DNA of 64,000 nucleotides from an uncultured Bacillota bacterium (lineage in GTDB: Bacteria; Bacillota; Clostridia; Christensenellales; UBA1242): positions 4,150 through 68,149 of the forward strand of contig CAOJXO010000001.1 in the NCBI GenBank assembly GCA_948465545.1. The letters run 5' to 3'. The position numbers and the translations under genes were made by a program. Under the pieces are notes generated by a model. The model was given only the letters and a program-made list of their open reading frames with translations. It was not told the origin of the DNA and did not search any database. Positions 11,201-19,301 of the stretch are shown one piece after another. Numbering within the stretch: the first letter of the stretch is position 1; every line of letters starts with the position of its first letter.

Positions 11201-12739
11201 CATTGCAGCACTAAACCAACTCGTAGGCTGAGCAAAAGTGTAGTTTCCAAGTGATACCGCCGCCCCAGCAGGAACATGCCAGTCAAAGTGAACCTTATTA
11301 AATCTGTTGTACGTTCCGCCTGTAAACGATTCATTTACTGAAAGAAAGGAGTGCCACAGCATTGCAAGTTTATCAATCTCGTCCTTTTTCACTGTACGCA
11401 TATTTGCAAGATATGGGTTGCCAAACTCACCAGTAGGTCCTGTTAAAATACCATTTTCGGTGTCAAGGGCTGCCATAACACCCGGTGAGTTTTTCAAATA
11501 CTCCTCAAAGTAATCAGGAGTAGTTACCCCTAAGATATAGTGAGGGGTTTCCACTGCACCTGTGATTGTTGCTTTAACCTGTGAATAGCAATTACCCATA
11601 TTTATTTGGATAAGTCCACCAAAAGCAAACCCGATTGTGTAAGTCTTGTTTTCTGTAAATGTGAAAGTGCAATCAAGCCAAGCGGCACGGGCGTTTTGCC
11701 TTTTCCATTGAGATTGCAGGAAAGGTGTACTATCCCCTGTGTTGTTTTCAAAAAACTTGCCGCCCGCCGTTACAATGTCTGCTTGTTTAAAGAAATAGTC
11801 AGAAGCAGTATTTTGATATCCCACCTGATTGTAATCCCTGCCACCTGTAATTTCTTTAATGGTTGCACTTGAATTTGGAACACTGCCACGCCAAGCCATA
11901 GAACTATTAGAACCAAGATTCACTGAAATTCTTTCACCTGGCTTTAATCCTTCGATCTTTATTGTAACTGGTTCACCAGCAGGAAGATATAGCCCTGTGG
12001 TGTGAAGTGAACGATAGATAGGGTCAAGAGTTATCTCCTTTTCCACAGCATTGTTCTCACCTACAACAGCACCATATTGACCATCTGCAGCGGGGTGTTT
12101 TCTAAGCCATGCTGCAAACTCTGCATTTATCTCATCACTTTCGCTTGCGGTGAGAGCTGAACGCCAAGAAGCCTCTTTTGCAAGATGCTGCCCCTGCGTC
12201 ATAAACATATATTTATAGTAACTATAATAATCCGCTTCACTTACCCCAGCCGCAGCAGCCGCCTGAGTATACACCCCTGTGGCTTGACTACCCTTTTTGT
12301 AGTAAGGCTCTGGATAATTGTTCGGATTAAATGAAATCTTTGCAACCTTTTGATTTGAAGATGTTGGGTTGAAATCTCCATAATATGGAAAAAGTCTATT
12401 TTCATCTTTATCATACACAAGAGAAAAATCATCGCTAAGCATCTGTGGCGTTATACGCGGAAGGTTACGCTTTGTAACATTCATTGTATCCGCCCTGACC
12501 GTAATTTTAACATCATCCAGCTGATTGTATGTATACTTGTTTAAAGCATACTCATCCTCGACAGGAACTGATAATGCTGGAATAGAAAAAGGAAATTCCT
12601 TCGCCCTTAAAACAATAGGAAGCACAATGGAAAGTATAGCAACAATGGCTAACCCTACTGAAGTTAACCCAATATAAAGTTTTTTCTTTTTATTATCTGT
12701 AGTTATTTTGCCTTGTCGTACTGATTTTGTTTTAGACAT
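8258..12739 (-). CDS. M60-family (enhancin-like) metallopeptidase with F5/8 type C-like domain
   Basis: TGLYLPAGE N-domain, WGTLHEIGH...EVRNN gluzincin motif, ARYLRLVV..SEI CBM32-like end, N- and C-terminal TM helices, Lys-rich tail. Confidence 0.88.
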   Translation of the reverse strand: MSKTKSVRQGKITTDNKKKKLYIGLTSVGLAIVAILSIVLPIVLRAKEFPFSIPALSVPVEDEYALNKYTYNQLDDVKITVRADTMNVTKRNLPRITPQMLSDDFSLVYDKDENRLFPYYGDFNPTSSNQKVAKISFNPNNYPEPYYKKGSQATGVYTQAAAAAGVSEADYYSYYKYMFMTQGQHLAKEASWRSALTASESDEINAEFAAWLRKHPAADGQYGAVVGENNAVEKEITLDPIYRSLHTTGLYLPAGEPVTIKIEGLKPGERISVNLGSNSSMAWRGSVPNSSATIKEITGGRDYNQVGYQNTASDYFFKQADIVTAGGKFFENNTGDSTPFLQSQWKRQNARAAWLDCTFTFTENKTYTIGFAFGGLIQINMGNCYSQVKATITGAVETPHYILGVTTPDYFEEYLKNSPGVMAALDTENGILTGPTGEFGNPYLANMRTVKKDEIDKLAMLWHSFLSVNESFTGGTYNRFNKVHFDWHVPAGAAVSLGNYTFAQPTSWFSAAMNYRGLLASGTWGTLHEIGHNHASAYGSIWGFRTGQEGEVRNNALTVLSYIMFADVGTTIRMGGSAEHGMYANPYRVVNDMLANKGKMHDFNEAGYWHALEMYSNIMHSFGAEKYYELLYTYKLNSEYCSNPRADFAYRCATVYQMNFLSYFNDFYAANITEEMFTEDQLDLMKSFPNYNPVANFYAGGIDGVKTAGDYLVTFGDDITFDLMSTTVSALDTREEKGFEIISVENPVHGSIRNTDKNKWTYSFNKGYTGATDQFSFNVKLKDGVIHKLTIYLRIGYNGSRISQYTSLQDPGKGGREMFDSFSEQISQQQPQYLPTSTGASMTAYTTSNLEVRTADFWWKAPVTGEVALTIAGRAIRLYVGEDFEHLEGTDLIFSGNIGLSTNFKHVMQVEKDEYYAIRLMTTSRGNMGSRINGSVYVLQKDGQVLSAETLDNDKFNEFVADGAKYVIIPSSQVFHPEYPLGIEAETYIFEPNYIVSKKSGVKLSTSGTDKTMWDVLKAPEYIHEGRYDTEVQYVVRVDENGNEVLDANGDPVRDAYEINIDKWGYLIDGEEGTYLHTAYSGSYVPLSENNPHEFIIDTQKVQDINFFKVVTRNHSNSYIEDFELYLAGEMAEDGSFEWEMVAEGDRSNYVKNSITLKFETHHARYLRLVVKKTSGGRFSVVSEIDAGIDSPVQKLISLSSSKLFTADGWQSSTEIDTEPNGYLIANKANAKAVIRFKGESVALYARTDNDCGKINIIIDGVQVEVVDLYSSAREARKLVFYAENLDDKEHTMEIITMGSEKVVLNAIGIPYSASLLNAPNIYLERALTISLVVFVLLFVALAVLLICLLFLPKFRKLMGNNKAINWLDKKLEENKAKRQEKKLNKTSKDKKVAESKNKESKAGNKKEGETNKKQVALNKTNKTQSKQETLPQQTKKPAKVEKTPSKPAKTNVAAKPTNVNTKTSKTTDVKKPVSNSKVQKCKSTPSKTIKKK

Positions 12740-13033
12740 AAACCCCTCACTCTAATAGAATAATATGTTTAATCATCATATAAATAGAATCCTGTATATT
12801 ATAACATAATTTTATTAAAAAGCAAATCATAATAAAGGAACTTGTATACTTTCCCCATTTCAGCCCTATCATTTTAAATGCAAATTTTGTCGTCTTAAAA
12901 ACTATAAGGCTTCATCATAAATATACGCGGGTGTATTTTATCATAAAAAATCAAAATATCATAATGATGTGTAAATCAAACCAAAAATTTTAGGCTTAAA
13001 AAATCACGAGCAAAGACTCGTGATTGCATTTTA

Positions 13034-13099
13034 TTATAATTCAATTATTTCAGTTTTGAAATCGCAATAATACTCAGCCTCTTCTGCTGTAAATTTCAA
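13034..13099 (-). pseudogene. 3' remnant of a pyridoxamine-5'-phosphate oxidase family gene
   Basis: translates LKFTAEEAEYYCDFKTEIIEL*, 17/21 identical to the C-terminus of 30080-30493; related terminator at 12998-13025. Confidence 0.85.
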
Positions 13100-13702
13100 C
13101 TAATTATTAATCAATTCTGGGAACAAAGTATACAAATTATAACCAAGCTTATCGTCAAAATATTTTTTCAATTTTTGTGCTTCTGTCAAATGATAAACAG
13201 TATTTGAGAATACTCCATATTTAATTTCAAGATATATCAATCTTTTTTCCATAGTCAAAACTTTGTTTGTGCACATCAAATCGCACAGATTTATCAACTT
13301 TTCATATTCAGTATATTTATGGCTCTCAACAAAATTTTTCACAAATTCATATCTATATCTATCAGTATTTGGCAATCCACCAGCAACGCAATTGATGTCA
13401 TTATTGAGATATGAATGTGTTAGGCAGATATTTGCATATTCTTCATCATAGCCTAAATTCAAAATATATTCATAGCCTGCAATTGGGTGCGAATATTTGT
13501 TGTTTCTCCCCCAGCCATTTCTTTTGCCGATGTCATGAATAAATCCAAGTGTTTTTGCCACACCCTCATCCATTCCTAAGGCTTTTGCAATTATCCCTGC
13601 CGTGTTCCCAACACAGATTGAATGCCCAATCCAAAAGTCATCTGGTGCAAGCCCTCGCGCTTGATCCAACAGTTCTAACGCTTTTTCGCTTGTAAGTTTC
13701 AT
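13100..13702 (-). CDS. HD-domain phosphohydrolase
   Basis: HSICV, IHDIGK, HP..GY, THS and LCD motifs. Confidence 0.85.
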   Translation of the reverse strand: MKLTSEKALELLDQARGLAPDDFWIGHSICVGNTAGIIAKALGMDEGVAKTLGFIHDIGKRNGWGRNNKYSHPIAGYEYILNLGYDEEYANICLTHSYLNNDINCVAGGLPNTDRYRYEFVKNFVESHKYTEYEKLINLCDLMCTNKVLTMEKRLIYLEIKYGVFSNTVYHLTEAQKLKKYFDDKLGYNLYTLFPELINN

Positions 13703-14592
13703 TTTTGCTCCTTTTTATATCCCATTTTCAAAAAGAAATCTTGATAAATTTTGTGTCTGTTCATATCCATAACAAAATTGACTTTGCGTTTTCCTTTTGT
13801 TTGCTTGTAAGATAAATCTTTAAGAATTTTTGGACAACTTATTTCTTTACAAACAAACCAATCTTTGTTTAGCACATAAGCAACCGCACTCATGTCCCAA
13901 AGCACCTTACTTTCACCTATTTCGTCGTTTTTGTTGTCCCTGTAAATAACATTAAAATTTTTGAAGATTTGGCAAAGATACTTTCCTATTTCACCACAAT
14001 TACCTATAAAATGCTCTAATTCATAAATAGTTGTTGACAATGCACTTGCAACATTTCGGCATGGAATTACAGTCAGTTTAACTTTGGAGTTAAAAACAAA
14101 TTTGTCTGCTTCCACATCTTGCCTGAAATTAAATTCTCTGTTATTCTCACTTAAAAAACTATGACCACCTAACCAGACTACTTCGACTTTATTAACAATA
14201 TCTGGTGCAAGAAAAAGTGCAAGTGCAATGTTTGTAATTGCCCCAATACCAATAATTGTTGTTCTTTCATTTTTTCTTGCAATTTCAATTATTTTTTCTA
14301 CAGCAGGATTGCTTTCTTTACTTTCATAGAAGTATTTTAGCGCTCCTTTATGCAATACTTTCTTGTATTTGACAGCGTCAACCATATCTAAAATTTTGCT
14401 AGCAACTTCTAAAGAAAGATTTACACCCTCTTCAATGGTCTTAATACTTGAATATCTACTTTTTGCACAAGGTGCAATTGTGATTGCTTCTAGATTTATA
14501 TTTTTTAGAGATCTTATAAGATATGTAAGTGCAAACTGGTCATCTACTTCATTGCTTATATCTGTGTCAAGAATAACATTTATTTTCCCCAT
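13699..14592 (-). CDS. inosine/uridine-preferring nucleoside hydrolase family
   Basis: DTDISNEVDD, GAITNIA, WLGG, EFN and WD motifs. Confidence 0.9.
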   Translation of the reverse strand: MGKINVILDTDISNEVDDQFALTYLIRSLKNINLEAITIAPCAKSRYSSIKTIEEGVNLSLEVASKILDMVDAVKYKKVLHKGALKYFYESKESNPAVEKIIEIARKNERTTIIGIGAITNIALALFLAPDIVNKVEVVWLGGHSFLSENNREFNFRQDVEADKFVFNSKVKLTVIPCRNVASALSTTIYELEHFIGNCGEIGKYLCQIFKNFNVIYRDNKNDEIGESKVLWDMSAVAYVLNKDWFVCKEISCPKILKDLSYKQTKGKRKVNFVMDMNRHKIYQDFFLKMGYKKEQK

Positions 14593-15158
14593 TGTGAAAT
14601 CTCCTTATATAAATCTGCCCAGCCTTTTGCAAACGGCATACCATCTGTTTCTTTTTTATTGTATTTTGTCAACATCATAATACATTCAATCCCGTTCGCT
14701 CTCATCTTCTTACATTGAGAAGCTCTGTCATCCACCATAATGTCAATTTTATTTTCAATACATTCCTGAGTCTTGTCTGGCGATTTTGACAAAACAAATT
14801 TATGATAGTTGATTTTTCGTTTAGCAAGCCAGTCCAAAGTCGTTTTTTCTGGCTCTTTATAGTCAGGGAATGCCCTATGTGAAATCAAAATAAGCCTGTG
14901 CCCATCTTCAATCAATTTGTCCATATATTTTTTACAACTTCTTCTTGTTCGCAACTCTTTTGCAATCCTTTCCATATTGTCAGCAAAGAAACCATACATT
15001 TCTTCTTCACTCCAATCAAACATTCCTCGTGTTATATGTCTTCCTTTTGGATTTATAATTCCAGCATTTCTTTTTTTCTTATCTTCAATCAAAACATTTT
15101 GCAAAATTTTTTCATCAAAAGCCGAAATAACATTGTCTATATCTAAGCCAATTATCAT
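14580..15158 (-). CDS. HAD-family 5'(3')-deoxyribonucleotidase-like protein
   Basis: IGLDIDNV motif I, ISHR motif II, DK...IDIMVDD motifs III/IV; start at ATG 15158 after AGGAG. Confidence 0.8.
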   Translation of the reverse strand: MIIGLDIDNVISAFDEKILQNVLIEDKKKRNAGIINPKGRHITRGMFDWSEEEMYGFFADNMERIAKELRTRRSCKKYMDKLIEDGHRLILISHRAFPDYKEPEKTTLDWLAKRKINYHKFVLSKSPDKTQECIENKIDIMVDDRASQCKKMRANGIECIMMLTKYNKKETDGMPFAKGWADLYKEISQWGK

Positions 15159-15404
15159 ACAAACTCCTATTTCTAATATAGCATAAAATTCTTTTGTTTG
15201 CAATTTTTTGCAACGAATTCTTCACAAAGGCAATTTGGGAGTAAAAAGTGCTATTTTAAAATTCGATTTTCACTGAATCCGCAACATCAAAAATCATAAT
15301 TGTTAAAATCGCTATCTGCTTTATATTTACGAACAATTAGGCATTTTTGGCAAAAATAAAAGCCCGTCAAAACGGGTTTTGTGTCAACTAACAACAAAGT
15401 CGAA

Positions 15405-15660
15405 TTTTTGATTTTTCAGTTTTGATTTCGCGACGGCAATTTTTTGATTAAAAAATCAAAAATAATCAAAATAAAAATCAAACTTTGATTTTGCGATAAT
15501 CAAAAATTTTTGATTTTGCGACTTTTTCTGTGCGACTGCCTGCCCGTTATCAACCCCTTTTTGACCAGAGATTTGACTCCCCCTGGTTGGCTAGTATTGT
15601 TTGTCGGCAAATCAAACTTTTGATAAGCAAAAAAACTGTGTTTTTCGCAAAATCAAAACT
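15405..15660. repeat. array of TTTTGATTTTGCGA-type motifs, copy 1
   Basis: motif at about 15420, 15484, 15508 and inverted at about 15645; 15420-15496 matches 30570-30646 with one mismatch. Confidence 0.85.
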
Positions 15661-15732
15661 TTTTAGCAGTCCGCACACATAAATGTGTGTTTTATTTTGT
15701 GATTAAACAATCATCAAAATAATAATCAATTT

Positions 15733-16491
15733 TTAATTTTTCTTTTTGAAGATGTTGTTGTGATTGAGAAGCCTATAACTCTCTCCTTTAAGATTTATTA
15801 TTTGACAATTATGTGTTAGCCTGTCCAGCATCGCACTCACCATGCTTTCATCTTGAAATAACTCTCCCCACTTTGCAAAGTCAAGGTTCGTTGTAATGAC
15901 TATTGATGTCCTATTGTAAAGTTTATTTACAAGTTCATACATAAGTAACACATCTTGTTTATCTAGTTTCTGATAACCAACTTCATCAATAATGACCAAA
16001 TGACACTCATACAAATATTTTACTCTTGCACTGCTAGACTTGAACACTTCTTTAGTTTTCAGCAAATAAATAAGATTTTCAAGTGTAGAAAAGAAAACTT
16101 TATAATTCTGCGAAAGTGCCAAATGCCCAAGTGCAACTGCCAAATGTGTTTTGCCAGTTCCTGAACCACCCATAAATATGATATTATATTTATTACTCAT
16201 CCAATTCAGTTTCTTTAACTCTTCAATCTGCCACTTAAATAACTGCGGTTGAAAGTTCAAATCATACTCTGCCAATGTTTTAAAATTTGGCAAATGAGCC
16301 TTACCTATTTTGGTTGCTCTTGATTTTTGCTCTCGCAAAATTAGCTCTTTATATAAGCATTCATACAAAAACTGCAACTTTTCATCACTTTCATCTTGCA
16401 AATTAAAATATGATTTACTCATATGGTGCAAGCCAAGTTTCTTGGCAACTTCTTGTATATCGGTTACACTAAACTTCTTCATCGCCGTCAC
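15733..16491 (-). CDS. istB: IS21 ATP-binding helper protein
   Basis: GGSGTGKTHLA Walker A, IIDEVG Walker B, TTN, LDRLTH, GESYR. Confidence 0.95.
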   Translation of the reverse strand: MTAMKKFSVTDIQEVAKKLGLHHMSKSYFNLQDESDEKLQFLYECLYKELILREQKSRATKIGKAHLPNFKTLAEYDLNFQPQLFKWQIEELKKLNWMSNKYNIIFMGGSGTGKTHLAVALGHLALSQNYKVFFSTLENLIYLLKTKEVFKSSSARVKYLYECHLVIIDEVGYQKLDKQDVLLMYELVNKLYNRTSIVITTNLDFAKWGELFQDESMVSAMLDRLTHNCQIINLKGESYRLLNHNNIFKKKN

Positions 16492-17974
16492 CTATAAGCC
16501 CCATATATTTGTTTAGACCTTCCGCTCGTTCCACATAAGTTTTCTTTGTTCTAATAGGCATAATATCAGTTTCTTTTTCACTATGTGCCATTAGATAAGT
16601 TAAAAGTTCAGTTGTATCAAACTTCTTGTTCTTATTGCACCAATTGATACCATTAGCAATTTCTTGCAATACATACTCTTTTGCAATTTTTTTAATTAGC
16701 CCGCATTGCTCTTTCACATATCTTGGTTTCTCTCTAATAATCTCATTTAGAAATTCAATTGCAAGTTTGTTATCTCCTAAACTTTCAACCGTTCGTCTAA
16801 TAAGCCTTGAATGTTTATTATCCTCATCTTTGTTTGCAAGCTTAGAAGTTAAACCTTTGCCGATAAGCAGTTTGTGCCTTGCGACAAATTCTTTGGTTTC
16901 AGCATTGAAAACATTTATGTAATCACCTACAATCTCAACCAGAACTTTGTCGCCTTGCTTAAATCTAAATGCTGGCAAAGTGTAATAATTACTTCTAAAA
17001 ATAAAGTAGTTCAAATCAGTCGCTGTTGCAATATATTCATTTCTCTTTCTTAACGGATATGGCGTATGTTTAAGCAAGCACTCTTTCTCTTCCTTAAACA
17101 TATCCCTTGGCGTTTGTCTAGTCGTCATATTAATTTTACCATTGCCTGTTCTATCCAACCAATCCAGCAAATCACTGTTTAAGTTATCGATTCCACAAAA
17201 CACCTTATGATCAAGGAAACTTGTTTTTACAAACTTAACAACATTCTCAACCCTGCCTTTGGTGTCTGGATCTTGCTTTTTACAAAGATAAACATCCAAG
17301 TCAATAAAATCCTTGTAAGTTTCAAACTCTTTGGTAAAAATTACATTTCCACAATTTTCACTCACAACCATAACTCTGTCTTGGTCATACATAATTGTCT
17401 TTGGTCTGCCACCAAAATACGCAAATGCTCGCTCATGTGCATCCACAAAATCCTTACTAGTAAATGCCTCTCGCTTGCAACAAACAAATTTATATCTTGA
17501 ATACATCAACACAATGCACCAAAAGTAGATTTTAACTTTCACATCATAAACATCTCGAATCCATATTTCGCCCATGTCCACTTGTGCAAGTTCTCCAGGA
17601 TTTGTATCTCCAATCAACTGATAAGCTCTGCCAACCTTTCCACTTATTCCAAGCACATCTCTCAATTTTCGCATGTATCTATAAAAAGCACTTTCGCTCG
17701 CTGAAAACTCCACATCCATCTCTTTAATCTTGTCAAATAATGTGGTGTTTCTTATTCCAGGATTTTCTTTCAATTCCTGCATCAAAAAGTTTCGATATCT
17801 TTCAACCTCTTCATTTCGCATCAACTTGTCACCGTCAGCAAAATCATCAACCGAATAATCCCAATACTTTCTAACCGAAAATTGCTTCAATCCTGTCATC
17901 TTCACAACTTCACTCTTCGTGAATCCATCTTCTTTTAATTTTTTAATCTCTAAAAATTCTTTCATCTTCAACAT
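16469..17974 (-). CDS. istA: IS21 DDE transposase
   Basis: N-terminal HTH, PGELAQVD, GGRP..IMYD, KGRVEN DDE triad, Mu-transposase-like C-terminus. Confidence 0.95.
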   Translation of the reverse strand: MLKMKEFLEIKKLKEDGFTKSEVVKMTGLKQFSVRKYWDYSVDDFADGDKLMRNEEVERYRNFLMQELKENPGIRNTTLFDKIKEMDVEFSASESAFYRYMRKLRDVLGISGKVGRAYQLIGDTNPGELAQVDMGEIWIRDVYDVKVKIYFWCIVLMYSRYKFVCCKREAFTSKDFVDAHERAFAYFGGRPKTIMYDQDRVMVVSENCGNVIFTKEFETYKDFIDLDVYLCKKQDPDTKGRVENVVKFVKTSFLDHKVFCGIDNLNSDLLDWLDRTGNGKINMTTRQTPRDMFKEEKECLLKHTPYPLRKRNEYIATATDLNYFIFRSNYYTLPAFRFKQGDKVLVEIVGDYINVFNAETKEFVARHKLLIGKGLTSKLANKDEDNKHSRLIRRTVESLGDNKLAIEFLNEIIREKPRYVKEQCGLIKKIAKEYVLQEIANGINWCNKNKKFDTTELLTYLMAHSEKETDIMPIRTKKTYVERAEGLNKYMGLIGDGDEEV

Positions 17975-18248
17975 TTCTTCATCTCCATATTCAAAACTTA
18001 AAACATTAGCTAAATTGCCAACATTTTATAATGGAAAATCCAAAACACACAAAACAATTTTCATCTATGAGCTTCCGCTTACATCTCACTTCCACCCACC
18101 AACTCAGCCGTCGCAATTCACCACCAGCTGTCGTAAGCTCTCCGCCTACCATTAAAAATCACAATTCGCAAATCACCTCCTTTATACTTTAACTATAATA
18201 ATATTACAAATATTCTATCTAGTCAAAATCAATTTTTATACAAACTAA

Positions 18249-18275
18249 AAAGTCGTATTAAAAAACACGACTTTA
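18249..18275 (-). terminator. terminator of the five-gene defence operon
   Basis: AAAGTCGT...ACGACTTT hairpin just past the last gene. Confidence 0.55.
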
Positions 18276-18290
18276 AGTACATTTTTATAT

Positions 18291-19301
18291 TTACTCCACT
18301 TTTGAACCCTTTAACAAATCATTTAAAAAGGCATCTAATACTTTTTCTATATTGTTATTACTCTCTATAATATCATCATACTCTTCTTTTGATATTTTTG
18401 ATTTATCGTTATGATTTGAACAATCACATTTATCTTGTTTTAAATCTTCTAAACAATTATAGATTTTTAAAAAATTTCCACAATCTGATACTTTTATTTT
18501 TCTATGGGCTAACATATTTCTTTTTGCGACTAGATTCCCAAAAGCGTTACTAAACTCCTCCTCTTGAGCAATCCCTATCCCTGCTTTGGCCAATATTGCT
18601 AAAAGTATATCTTTCTTTTGCCGAGAGTTTAAAATATAGAAAATACTTCCTAGGATTTTCTTTATATCTTTTTGATTATATGCCTTTTCCATACTTTTTA
18701 GATTTTTACTTATATCATCCTGAGTTTTATCTAACTTTTCTTTAATTAGTGTCCATAACGTATTTTGATCTTCTTCCTTCAGTATGCCAAAATAATTAAT
18801 TCCTAATTCCTGTATTAAAAATTCAAGATTTGCACTTTGATCCAATATCATACCTCTAGCAAAAGCTAAGTCATTAGATCTATGTAGAATTTTTTCAACA
18901 ATCTCACAAAATTTTTCTTCGAAAAGCGGTCTTTCACATGCGTAAATATTTTCATACCCGTTTCTGCCGACATTATTTTTTAACACGTTAAATATCGATT
19001 TAATGTCTTTCTCAGAATAAAATAAAATATCTCCATAAATATTGTATTCAGATAATACATTAATAATATCGCTACCTTTCGTTGTACTAGAAACATTATA
19101 ATCAACAACAATAATATCATAATTGCTAAATTTATTTTTATTAGAGTCGTTTTTTAATTCAAACATAAAGTTATCTATATTGTCTACTTTTCTTTCCTTG
19201 ATTTTGCAATAATTTTTGGCAAGTTTTCTATTTAATGATTTTATCGTAATATTCACCCATTGTTTAGTATCTTCAAACCATAGGACTTTTATTTCTCGCA
19301 T
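18291..19301 (-). CDS. response-regulator receiver domain fused to a putative HEPN RNase domain
   Basis: VLWFED, IIVVDY and ILFYS receiver motifs; C-terminal RGMIL...LE helix and RNMLAH (Rx4H). Confidence 0.7.
   Translation of the reverse strand: MREIKVLWFEDTKQWVNITIKSLNRKLAKNYCKIKERKVDNIDNFMFELKNDSNKNKFSNYDIIVVDYNVSSTTKGSDIINVLSEYNIYGDILFYSEKDIKSIFNVLKNNVGRNGYENIYACERPLFEEKFCEIVEKILHRSNDLAFARGMILDQSANLEFLIQELGINYFGILKEEDQNTLWTLIKEKLDKTQDDISKNLKSMEKAYNQKDIKKILGSIFYILNSRQKKDILLAILAKAGIGIAQEEEFSNAFGNLVAKRNMLAHRKIKVSDCGNFLKIYNCLEDLKQDKCDCSNHNDKSKISKEEYDDIIESNNNIEKVLDAFLNDLLKGSKVE

Larger units (their letters stand above)
15698..18163 (-). mobile_element. IS21-family insertion sequence (ends tentative)
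   Basis: overlapping istA-istB pair; only a 7 bp TGTGATT terminal inverted match and no target duplication seen, so the boundaries are uncertain. Confidence 0.7.

Noticed and set aside
15405-15660. CRISPR array
   Set aside because: Repeats are short, irregularly spaced and in both orientations, with no unique spacers; no cas gene in the window
15733-17974. CAST or Tn7-like TnsB/TnsC pair
   Set aside because: Sizes and motifs fit ordinary IS21 IstA/IstB; no TniQ or Cas genes
18118-18230. Leader peptide upstream of istA
   Set aside because: A promoter and GGAGG are present but start-codon spacing is poor; more likely a gene start disrupted at the IS end
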